Assembly (NCBI GenBank): GCA_000934665.2
Contig: KZ538001.1
Span: 62,001-126,000 of the forward strand
Source of the DNA: Catajapyx aquilonaris
Taxonomy: Eukaryota
DNA length: 64,000 nucleotides
Direction of reading: 5' to 3'
Each line of letters starts with the position of its first letter. Position 1 is the first letter of the stretch. This document shows, piece after piece, positions 53,655 through 64,000 of this stretch. Position numbers and translations under genes: made by a program. The notes under the pieces were generated by a model. That model was not told where the DNA came from, searched no databases, and worked only from the letters and a program-made list of their open reading frames with translations.

Positions 53655-54412
53655 CGAGGGAGAATCAAAAAGTAATTGAGTAATCTTTTAATTCAAAGGT
53701 TTCACTAGAGAAACTGAAACTAAGATATACATAATTATGAAAGTGCAAGTCTTTCTCTAATTTTAGACGTAGTCGCCATACAATTTGGTGCATTTGTCCC
53801 ATCAGGACACGAGTTTTTCCATACCCCTGCAGAAAAAAGCGTCCGACTGGGTGGGAAGCCAGTGGGAGATGGCCTCTTTCACTTCCTCGATGTCGCTGAA
53901 GTTCTGACCTGCCAGGTCCTTCTTCATTGGTCCAAAGAGATGGTAGACCATGGGTAAAATCACCCCTTTGGACCAAAAAAGAAGCAGCTGGCATGTCATA
54001 ACTTCAGCGTGGGTGGGAAGCCAGTGAGGGATGATCTCTCTCACTTCCTCGATGTCACTACGTTCTTGAGAAGCTAGTGTTTCTTTTTTGGTCCAAAGAG
54101 ATGGTTTTACCGATGTTCTACCATCTCTTTGGACCAATGAAGAAGCACCTGACAGGTCAGAAGACCTTCAGAGACATCGAGGAAGTGAAAGAGGCCATCC
54201 CCCACTGGCTTCCCACCCAGTCGGGCATTTTTTTTTCTGCAGCGTTATGGAAAAACTCGTGTCCTGATGGGACACATGCACCGAATTGTATGGCGACTTT
54301 GTCTAAAATTAGAGAGAGACTTGCACTTTCATATCTATAGGTCAGTTTCAGTGTGTCTATAGTGAAACCTCTTAATTAAAAAATTACTCCATTACTTTTT
54401 GATTCTCCCTCT
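53655..54412. mobile_element. Non-autonomous palindromic mariner derivative made of two inverted transposase 3' ends
   Basis: TA flanks at 53653-54 and 54413-14; termini CGAGGGAGAATCAAAAAGTAA ... TTACTTTTTGATTCTCCCTCT. The left arm (-) encodes the mariner C-terminus YHLFGPMKKDLAGQNFSDIEEVKEAISHWLPTQSDAFFCRGMEKLVS*WDKCTKLYGDYV*; the right arm (+) carries a diverged, frameshifted copy. Confidence 0.93.
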
Positions 54413-55045
54413 TAGTATGAACGACAGGGCAAGCGTTTCGCAGATTCATTGTGGCTGCCTAGCTATATGGGCCGTATGGGAGTAGAGCTGCATCCAAATC
54501 CACTGATCCTTGTTATTGGGTAAACGATACCAGGAAGGCTATCGATCGCATACTTCACCGATTCACGTACTACTATTCATCATTGGAGTGGATAATGTAT
54601 TGCATCGTTTAGGATGAATGAAAAGGTGAAGCACCTCCTTTATTTCTCTAGTGTCGCCGGATGACTCCTATAGATTTGTAGCGAAGCTTTAAGTAATTGA
54701 TTATACCTATAATTTATCTCTACCGATGTGGAAGATGATATACCTATTCATATACAGGGTGTGCTTAAAGTTGCTCATTTTCTCTTTGACTCAGGGCTCT
54801 TGCGATATGCATGTACAAAATTACTATGACTGACATAATATATAGGTGATAATATCGTGTTAACTTTTGTTTCATACCTGACACAAGTAATGGGGGATAT
54901 CCGGCGGGTTATTCCACCGTCAGTCAGCCGAGCTACATTAATCGCCTGATGTGCAGAATGTCCTGTTATTCACATGTGTACATGTAGTTCATATGCAATT
55001 ATTTCCGCAATGAAGCTCGTCCAAAATGGCCAAATCACCACCACC

Positions 55046-55084
55046 ATAATAATAATAATAATTATTATTATAATTATAATAATA
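55046..55084. repeat. Mixed (AAT)/(ATT) microsatellite
   Basis: ataataataataataattattattataattataataata just upstream of the V-SINE. Confidence 0.85.
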
Positions 55085-55111
55085 CACCAGATCGAATCAT
55101 ATGAACATCTC

Positions 55112-55378
55112 TTAAATGGCGACACTGTGGCGGAGTGGTTAGCGCCGCAGCCTTCCACCTCTAAGGTCCCGAGTTCGATCCCCGGGTCGGACGAAGGATA
55201 CTTATGCGGATAGAGTTTCGATGGGTTCTCTCCATGTTCGCGTGGGTTTCCTCCGGGTTCTCCCGTTTCCTCCCGCAATCAAAAGGCAATGATTAATGAC
55301 GGTTATTCAAAAGATGATCCCCTAAGAGGCCCAAGGAAGCCTATCACGGGATATCCATTATTATTTTTAATTATTATA
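55112..55378 (+). mobile_element. tRNA-derived SINE carrying a V-domain (V-SINE type)
   Basis: A box TGGCGGAGTGG (55128-55138), B box AGTTCGATCCC (55172-55182), central GTTCTCTCCATGTTCGCGTGGGTTTCCTCCGGGTTCTCCCGTTTCCTCCCGC matching the V-SINE core as I recall it, ATT-rich tail, probable TSD AACATCTC (55104-11 / 55379-86). Confidence 0.88.
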
Positions 55379-57285
55379 AACATCTCCGATTTAATGGATG
55401 CTATTCACTGATTAATAATAATAAGTGTTGCCAAATTCCATAGGTTACGCTATGTGTGTATTATTTTTGTTCAAATATGCTGCAGCTAACTTAGGGACAT
55501 GCCCTAAATATAGGCTACACCTACAATACCGGTATGCAGAGAAGGAATAATTATTGTATCCGTTCTAAATAAAGGCAGTCCAGGACAGGATTAAAGGCAA
55601 TTATTAATTATGCTCCTAATTTTAGACAATCATAAATACCTGCTTTTATATTACTCGAAAACACTCGAGTCTAGTTAATCCAAGCTGCATTATTTATTCT
55701 GTTCCGTCCCTATAACCTGGATAGGAGAAGCCATCCATTGTAAGTAAATAAATATGTTGAAAACCCAGTAGATATGTGAAAATACCTATTTACAAGACCT
55801 CCATGCCACAGTAAAATATACGACACATGTGATAGTGGGTACCTCAGGGACACACAAGATAGAGATGCTGCACATTTTTTAGAATGTTAAGGGAGCAAGG
55901 AGGGAAAGCATACTGATAGAGGAAATGGTAAAGGATTTTGACACAGAATGTCAAGAGTGGGGAGGAAAATGGTGAAAAGGTGAAGAAGAAATGGGCCTGG
56001 AGGCGCCTCGCTCGACTCGGTCTTCACAGTGCCGTGCCCGATTGGTCATGCACGATCAATGTTACCATATTTCAGCGTCGCCACTTAATGCTTGTCAGGA
56101 CTTGTCGGAAAGGGAGGGAAAATAAGGCCATTTTCGAGTAACAAATATATTTCAGTATTAAAATTTTCTCTCGTGTAAGGGGTTATAAAACGAAATTGCT
56201 TGGTTCCACCCAAATAATGGCCTCTTTGACCTTGTGCCAAGTTGTGTGTGCCGACATTGCGATAGTTGGGAATAGTGTTATGCAGATGGTTGAATGCGGT
56301 CGAAAGTTGTAACTTTTCAGACGACATTTGCATATGAAAATACTGCGGCGCAGATTTATTAGATAGGAAGCACTGTAGTTTGGACATGAAGAATCGCGTA
56401 TTGATCACGCGATGAAGCCATGAACAACCTGCATTTGAAGGTTTGTCAATTAATTGAATGGGAAATATGCCGTTAATTTTCAATGCTGATTAATTATTGG
56501 ATCTAGAGCTATTGCGTTGTACTTGCCATTTTACACGCATAATTGTAGGCAGAGCAACATGAAATATTTGCGTTATCAGTTTTTGCAATGATTTTTAGTA
56601 ACTTTAAAATGGGGTATGCTGTGTTAAACGAATATATGTTACACCCTGTGTTTTGACAAATGGACTATTGCAACGGACAAAAAGCAAATACGTCTTCGTG
56701 TTTCTTGCCACAGGCGTATTATGCACTCGCAGTCAGTCCTGAACAAAAGAACATTTTGCCTCGGTTTTCCCTAAAATAAAGATTTTCTTGAGTTAAATCT
56801 TCTTAAAACTCGCAGCCAGCAGAATCACTCACTTTCATGCCTCAAAAAGAGATTCTTCAGACTGAGAGGGAGCTCGTGATTAGATAGAAAGCCCTTCTAA
56901 GTAGGTCTTTAGTTCCACGAAGTGACTTGGGAATCATGTATGTAAACAAGGCATTTGGAAAGTCGAGCGTAATCTATCCATAGCGTTATCAAATCTTGGT
57001 CAAATTTTATGATAGGGAAGCCCTAGTCCATTTTTTGGATCTGGTAACATTACGGTGATATCGACCTTTGGGTTTTGCGACATTACATCTGGGCGACTTG
57101 CTTAAAATGGGGCGCAGGGATTGGTCGGGGCATAAGGGAACATCATTAGGGAATTGTCTGACGTTATGGCCTGTAAGATCCTAAATTAACTGACTGGTTA
57201 GTGTCGTAGGTTCGTGATTGGAATGATTAATTTTATGAGAGGACTGTAGAGTACAGTTTCGGCATGGATGCTTACCCTTTTCACG

Positions 57286-57286
<1 letters not shown>

Positions 57287-57343
<57 letters not shown>
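57287..57343. repeat. (ATT)n microsatellite
   Basis: 19 perfect units. Confidence 0.97.
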
Positions 57344-57346
<3 letters not shown>

Positions 57347-58187
57347 TGACTTCTAGATCATTTGGGGCCCACTTGTCAGTTGGCTGAACCACATTGTCAG
57401 GTATTCCGTGATTACATTCTTCACCACAACACTTTAACAATGCAGTTTACATAATTTTATGCTAGTCTAGGTGCTCACAAAACAGCTAATAGAACAATGG
57501 ATTAATTGGCTCTGGCAATGAACACCTCCGGCATAATTAGAAGGCTCAGGAGCGACAATGAAATGCCAGCAGTTGTTATTGATGTTTTGTAGGCAGTTTT
57601 AATGTGACCCAAATTGATGTTTAGCATGCAGGTTTTGTGGCGAAGAATAAACCGGTGCATAATTTCGACTTATGCATTTCAATTGCGGAGTACCAGCACC
57701 AGCTCTTGTTGTTGAGAGAAAACAATTGACCACATATATGTGTATGCTCAGGGAATACATGTGGTCCAAACCAAAATACGTTGTCACATGACGCAAGCTG
57801 TACGAAAAAATAATGTCTTATCAAGGATGAGGTCACGTCAGACCAGACACGGCGCAAGTGTCCTCTGTGATTACTGCAGGACTCCCTTTTGGCTCTTGAC
57901 CGCAGTGTACAAGTAGGTTCGGCAACTTTATGCCTGGGATTCTGTTAAACGCCCCGGAAAAGGCTTCATTTCTTCACAAATGGGCTTCATTCCCTGGGGC
58001 CAAAGTCGCTTTTGGCTAGCTGGCAGAGAGTTGAGCCAAGTAGTTGGAATTTGGCTTGTCCTTTTAGCCTCTATGGAGATTGGGAGGAGGAGGAGGTAGG
58101 GCCAAGGGGCTGGGGGTGAAGCCCGTTTCTTATTCTTGAACTGGAATACTGGAGTGTTGGATATCTATGAAGGGTAAATGTGGCTCA

Positions 58188-58368
58188 GACATCACCTTAT
58201 CCTCAGACATATTTACCTATTTACCCATTAATTAACCTACTGGTTGTTTTTAGGTTTATTCTCATGAGTTTTATTAGTTCATATGTTGGGTTAGCTTGCG
58301 TCTCCCTTCATCGCTGACTACCCCTCATAGGGAAATGTCGTGATGTTGTTGTTGTTGTTGTTGTCGTT
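58188..58368 (+). mobile_element. 5'-truncated non-LTR retroelement 3' end with (GTT)n tail
   Basis: Exact 14-bp TSD GTAAATGTGGCTCA at 58174-58187 and 58369-58382; the terminal ~44 bp (58295-58338) recur at 49328-49370. Confidence 0.8.
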
Positions 58369-61300
58369 GTAAATGTGGCTCATGTGACGCGATATCTACT
58401 GTATACCTTTACTCAAATATGTCGCATGTGTGGTTTATGGGCAGGCTTAGCAGGACTACTGCAGGTTTAAACAATTTGAGTACCGGTACTGTATATCCGA
58501 GAGCAGAAGGACGTAAGGCGGAAATCAATGGAAGAGGTGAAAAGTTGAAGTTGATAGGTCACGTTGGTTCTGGTTAAATAATTGGCATGTGTACCGGCGG
58601 TCCCATATATTTTACTTGAACCGACGTGACTTATCAAACTGATTCTTCTCAGGTCTCCGGTGATATGTAGCCAGCAAGCCACATTCCCTGGCAGCAGAGC
58701 GAAATCACGTCCGCTAAGTCCATTGATATAAAGTTGTCCACGTCGGAGCATTCCACTACCCCAGGAAGTGGACAATGCCCGAAGCCAAATTGAAATTGCC
58801 AGCGAAACAGCCGAGTTACCATAAATTCTCCATTTTGTGCCCGTTCAGGAATAGCCCTTTGAAGTCTTGCAGATGAGCAAACTAGATTTTCGATCATACC
58901 TCTTGCAGTCGAAAATACTTTAGTAATCTCTCGTGCGCTTTTCAACCCCCAGGTATGATCAAGTATCACGACAGTATGAATGTGAAAAAAATCTCACATG
59001 CTGTATGCATTAAGCTGATATAACAAGAGCATGGGTATATCCCGCTCTTCTTCTGGATAAGTGAAAAGGCTCTAAATATTTCCATTGTGGCACTCGACTT
59101 TGGACACTGGGATTCACGCACCCTTCCCCCGTGATGCATTGCATTATTTAATTCACCTTGCTTCCGTGCAAAAGTTTCCAGACTGTCAGGGTGCACATTT
59201 AGGGCGCTATCCATGGGGGAAAAAACTGCAGCATAGCTATTTGAATCTGGTAGGCTACCCTTAGGCTGCAAGAAATTAGTTAGCCATACCGCATTTAGAG
59301 AGACTGACCTCTGATATTCATCGGTGCTACTTGGTTTCTTTACAACCCTCTGAACCATAGCCGCATTCTTATAATATTTTTAAATGTCTGGAGGCTTTTT
59401 TAAAAAATTCGATACCATCGGAAGCAGTACCGTAGGGAGGAAAAATGCTCCCTTTATCGGGGTGACTGGCCACGTTATTATTGTTATATTTTTTGCCTGA
59501 AATTATGGGAGAAAAAAAAAGAGCCGAGATAAAGGAGAGCCAAGAATGCCTACACATACATTATATAGCCGCTTGGAAAACCTGGACAGAATAGTCTATT
59601 ATTTTTCCCGATTTTTAATATTCAGCGCATTGAAAGCTTGAATGGCTTCCCTGCGGCGCTGCTCGCTGCTGCTTGGGTGTCATTTTTCACTTGCAGTTTG
59701 GTGCATAAAGGACTTTGTGTGCACTTGGGGGTCCGATCGATAAGTGACAAACTTTCCGTACTGCTGCGACGAGAATATCCGCACTGTGGAGAGGTTAATT
59801 TCATTGTGACTTTCCATTGCAACCTAACTGAGGGAGCTTTCTGTGCTATGGAAAGTGTGGGGACGGCAGGCTTTTTTTGTACGCTCGTCTCGGGCCGTGG
59901 AAAGAAATACAGCCGTTAAAACGAATTTCATGTAGCCGGGGAAATGATTGATACTTGTTTTGCTGGCCCCAGATTCTACGAAGGAAGGAGGCAACCAAGC
60001 GCAACGCAACTCCCTCGGGTTTATTTTTTTATTCGGCAATGAATTTAATTAATTTTAAGCCTGCTTCTGCCATATGTTGACAAGGCTAATGCTCCAAGCC
60101 TATTTTGCAAATACAGTTTCATTTGCCAAGCACCACTGAAAGCTTTGAATGATGTGAAATCATACAGGCGTCTCCTAGGTATCGACTCGGAAGATATTAG
60201 TCTGGGTGGCGTCCGTCACCCCCATCAACCTTCGTCTTCTGTAGCATAGTGTTGCAACAATACACAAGTGGAGTTAAAATTAAAGCTGAATTGTGGCAAG
60301 TGCCACAGGTGGGTTGAACGAACTTATAAGCATAGATTTTCGTGTTGGTCAAGGTGCTAAAGAACGGTTCTGAGCCTCGTTTTGACAGGGATAACCAGGA
60401 GGACACCAAAGTCCCACTTTTCCAAGAGCCTCTTTTCGTGTCTGATTATTTTCCCTTCATTCTTTCGGTTCTTTTCTTTTCCCCGTGGCTTCCCCATCAT
60501 CCCACCCGCCTGCTCCCCCACCCCTTTCCCGGAAGCGAGATTGGAAACGCTAGCTGTCTTTTGGGCCGGAGGATTGGTGGTCTGGTAGTTTCCTTTGATG
60601 CGGCGGAATCCTTCTTCTCCTCCTCCTTCCCGTCCGGGTTGGTCACACGGGCGGGAAGGCCTGAAAAACATTCCCCTGACCGCAAAAGCCATATTGAACC
60701 AGAAAATCTGATATCGACTGTCTTGCAATTTTTCTTTGTTCTGGATATTGCGGATGGAAATCGCCTTTGATTCCATCTTCATGTTCGGAGCCCCAAAGTC
60801 CTACGGGGTTCATTGGAGCAGATTCAGCAAATTGAGGTCCTTTTTGGAGCAGATGGGTGTATTGGATGGGGTGCGGCTCCGGGAAAGGGGGATTGTTGAT
60901 TCTCGTCTGTGTCTGTGGAGGCGGGATGCGAAAACGGGCCCTCTAACCTTTTCCCGATGCCATCTCGTTTGACTAGGTTTCTGTCGCTGACATTCAAGTC
61001 GCAAATGTGCATTTCATATTGCCTCTGTCTCGCATGAGAAATTGAAAACTAACGCTGCTCCAGTTTCCTCCACCAGAGTTAATAACCGGCAGTTATAGCA
61101 GCCCATGGTGACCTGCTTGCAAGGGCCAGGATCAGCTGATTAACTAAGCTCCAAATCGATATCTAAGGAGAAAAGTTCCGACTTGTCTGACGTGCTCAAC
61201 TAGTAGGATAGTTGGGAGATGGATAGGTAGATAGAGCTCCAGCCACATTAGCATTCGGATGAGTGCCTTTCCTGCCTGCCGTCGTCTCTTCCCATCAGCC

Positions 61301-62810
61301 TCCTTCTAATGAATTCCACTTCTTGCGGCCAAGCAACTTTTAGAGGGGGCCGCTCCAGCGAGTGCAACAAGTTTAGGGTCTCAGCACCTGAAGCTGGGCA
61401 GGAGGAACGTCTTGCACTTCCGGAGAGATGAATGCCTGTCGAAATTGCCCGCCTGCTCCCAAACTTGTGCCAGGCAAATATTTCGCTAGGCTGTGCTTTT
61501 CTGCGGCGACAGTATAACACGCACATCTGCACCTACTCTGGGAATTGGACATGTCGCATTGTTTCCAGATCCAACAGCGCTGGCTGCGTGTTCGGTAGGA
61601 AAATGAGGCGCAGAATGAATTGCAAGTTGGTCTGTTGCTGCAGCTGCACTTCTTTTGACATGGGCGGAATCACGGTGGAAGTGGAGGAGAAGAGGTAGGG
61701 GCGTCATAGGTAAATGAACGATCCCTGCTGCAGCCTGGCAGATGCTTTGGAAAGCAGAGAAAAGAGGTCAGGAGCTATGGGCCCTGGGTGGGTGAGTGGG
61801 TGGGGTGGAAGAGAAAGATGTGTCTGTTGGAAGTTGACGAGTGCGACTGCAATATCAAGACCACGTCGACTTTTCCATCTCCTGGGGACGTGGGCGCTTG
61901 AGATGCAACCTGCGCAGACGAGTTTGCCTTTCCCCTTTCCCAACTGACAAGACCTGAATTGATTCCTTCTCCACTTTTGCGTTTCAAAGGGGCTGCAGCT
62001 CATGTCGAAACGTTGGCGTTGATCGCTGCTGCTGCTTCCATCCCATATTTCTTTAACCAGCCTCCTCCTCCTCCTCCTCCTCCGTCGGTAGGAAGACTGC
62101 TGCTTCCAATATTCATAGTGTTGATTTGCTCCAGGACGCACCCATCCGTGTTTTCTCACAGATGCCCGAATCAAGGAATTCAAATGTTGCCATACACTGT
62201 GACTAACAAATAACTCGATTTGGAACTTCCAACTTTTCCTTCCCTTTTTTATGTTGTGGTACCTTGAGACTTATAGTATATTCAGTGAACACGCTTCCAC
62301 GATACCACAACGAGCTTCCAGCCTGTGTCACCTCCCAATCGGTGGACACTGCCGCTGCAAGCGACATTAATTTCACCACTCTTGTAGATCGGGAGCTGGA
62401 AACACAAAGGGGTAAAGTAATTAGTCTGTGCTGAGCTGACATTGCACACGTGCCGCAGGCCACCCGTTATTTTGCAATAATTACATACCAATGATTCCAT
62501 GGTCGGTGCCCTTTTCGCTTTTTTTTCCTAAGGATACTTGGCCATGCTATGCAAGGCCCGAGCACCAGTAGCATGTGTGGCAGTTGGATTGGAAATTAGT
62601 TCATCGCACATGCCGCAGCTCGACTGGGTTGACCCCGTCGGGTTTTAAAGCAAGGAAGGAGGTATCAATGGTCGGCAGTGTTCGGTTCCACTAATAGGTT
62701 CTATCAATCTGATTATGTCATGGCTAAAATTTCAAAAGGAATGCTTTTTTCGTAGCATTCACATTGCTCGCGTGACGATGGCTTTGCATCGGTTGGCCGT
62801 ATACGGTACA

Positions 62811-62997
62811 TGAGAGATTTGACGTCCCTGGGTCATCTCTCTGACCCTGCAGACTAGCCTTGACTAAGGCTGCCACGAGACAGCTTACAAGGACGCCTCC
62901 AACCAGGTCCTCTCCCGACACCCAGCATATCCACTCCATTAGCGACAAAACTCACAACTCGTTCACAGCCCCATCTAGTGGATGCGGGAGTGTCATA
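62811..62997. mobile_element. Solo-LTR-like element, copy D (187 bp)
   Basis: TGAGAG...TGTCATA; ggtcatctctctgaccctg near the start and ccccatctagtggatgcgggagtgtcata at the end align by eye with copies A and B. No clean TSD. Confidence 0.55.
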
Positions 62998-64000
62998 TGT
63001 ACTGTATAAATATGCGATGAGATCGCCAGAAATCTGGAAAAATGTCACGTATCTCTTCCCCTGTCTTGATTGCCTCCTCGGGAAACATCACTTAGGTGCC
63101 ATCGGCAAGTGCATCTGTGACAAAACTCAGTTGTCTACTCGGCGAACTGGAAGAAAGAATCAAATGAAAGGGGGGGAGATGGCGAGGAGGGAGAGACGGT
63201 GACGATCCGGTTGGAATGGTTAGCCAATGGCACTTACCGGCCCCATCCCGGACCTGGCCCTTTTTACGGTGAGGTAACGAAAGACTAAACACGGCCATTT
63301 GATCCCCTTCTTTCTTCTGTTGATGGTGCCGTCAGCGGACGAAATGGAGCTTCTTGGTTCCCCTGGAAAAAGGCGATGGAAGAGAGAGAAAGAGACCTTC
63401 TGCAATGCAGAGAAAAACTTGTCCCAATCGACAAGGCTAATAATTTCATCGGCCGCGATTATTTCTGGACTCCCCTGTTATTGACCCTGTCTGCAAGTTC
63501 CAAGTTTTTCCAAATTTCGATACCGTCCAGCGTCAAGGGTAGTATTGTCACTTTCTTTACGACCACACCTCTCCCACCCTCCCAGGCTGGATTCATCGAT
63601 TGGCACTTGACTCGGCAACGGGATCAAGCGACAGTCTGAGGATTTATTGCGCACGGACTCGTGTCTGTCGTGCAGCAACTACCAGGTCATTCTTGCTCTG
63701 TGTGAGCGCTAATGGCCTGCGTGTTATCGCTGGCTGAACCTGCTGACTCCCGATATTTCCATATGAAAGAAATACGAGAGCAACCATGCATCAGAGGCTG
63801 CACTGGCGAATCACAAGCAGAATAGGACATGAGTTCTGGTTTATTATACAAGGAGCGCAAGTGGCATGCATGGCGTATAAGGATTTTCTAGTGGTGTAAG
63901 TGACTAGTCAATTATTCAGTCTACCGCAGCGGTAAGTGCTGCGTACCTGATGCAGAGAGGGTGCCAAGTTGGACTGCGGAGGTACGACGACGGTACCTAA

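Noticed and set aside
55118..55192. tRNA genes at the SINE heads (also 44255-44330, minus strand)
   Set aside because: No proper acceptor stem or immediate oligo-T terminator; they continue into SINE bodies with tails and TSDs.
58649..59358. Minus-strand ORFs with faint Harbinger-transposase-like words (GGRVRES, IYP, STARGMIEN)
   Set aside because: Catalytic Asp residues are absent and no TIRs were found; it would need a profile search to revive.
63884..63937. Two close GTAAGT donors near the window end
   Set aside because: No upstream reading frame matching the second half of Ig1 and no convincing acceptor.

Overview
Eukaryotic DNA, probably from an arthropod or other protostome, and almost entirely non-coding. 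The only convincing protein-coding sequence is one 135-nt, phase 1/1 exon (50341-50475, +) encoding the first half of an Ig domain of a nephrin/Sns/Hibris-type adhesion protein. I found no neighbouring exon, so the window appears to be two very long introns (possibly >50 kb upstream, >13.5 kb downstream). The most interesting signal is a set of sense-strand 3'ss/5'ss fusions (polypyrimidine-CAG|GTAAG) at 13699/13700 and 36541/36542. The first is followed by a 39-nt cryptic exon with an in-phase stop. This is the architecture of recursive-splicing ratchet points. The introns also hold a nested-palindrome mariner derivative built from two transposase 3' ends, three hairpin MITEs, two tRNA-derived SINEs (one V-domain) with similar 3' stem-loops, a family of ~180-200 bp solo-LTR-like elements (two with 4-bp TSDs), 5'-truncated retro-copies, a decayed LINE endonuclease, a 37-bp minisatellite and simple repeats. 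The other ORFs in the six-frame track look spurious.
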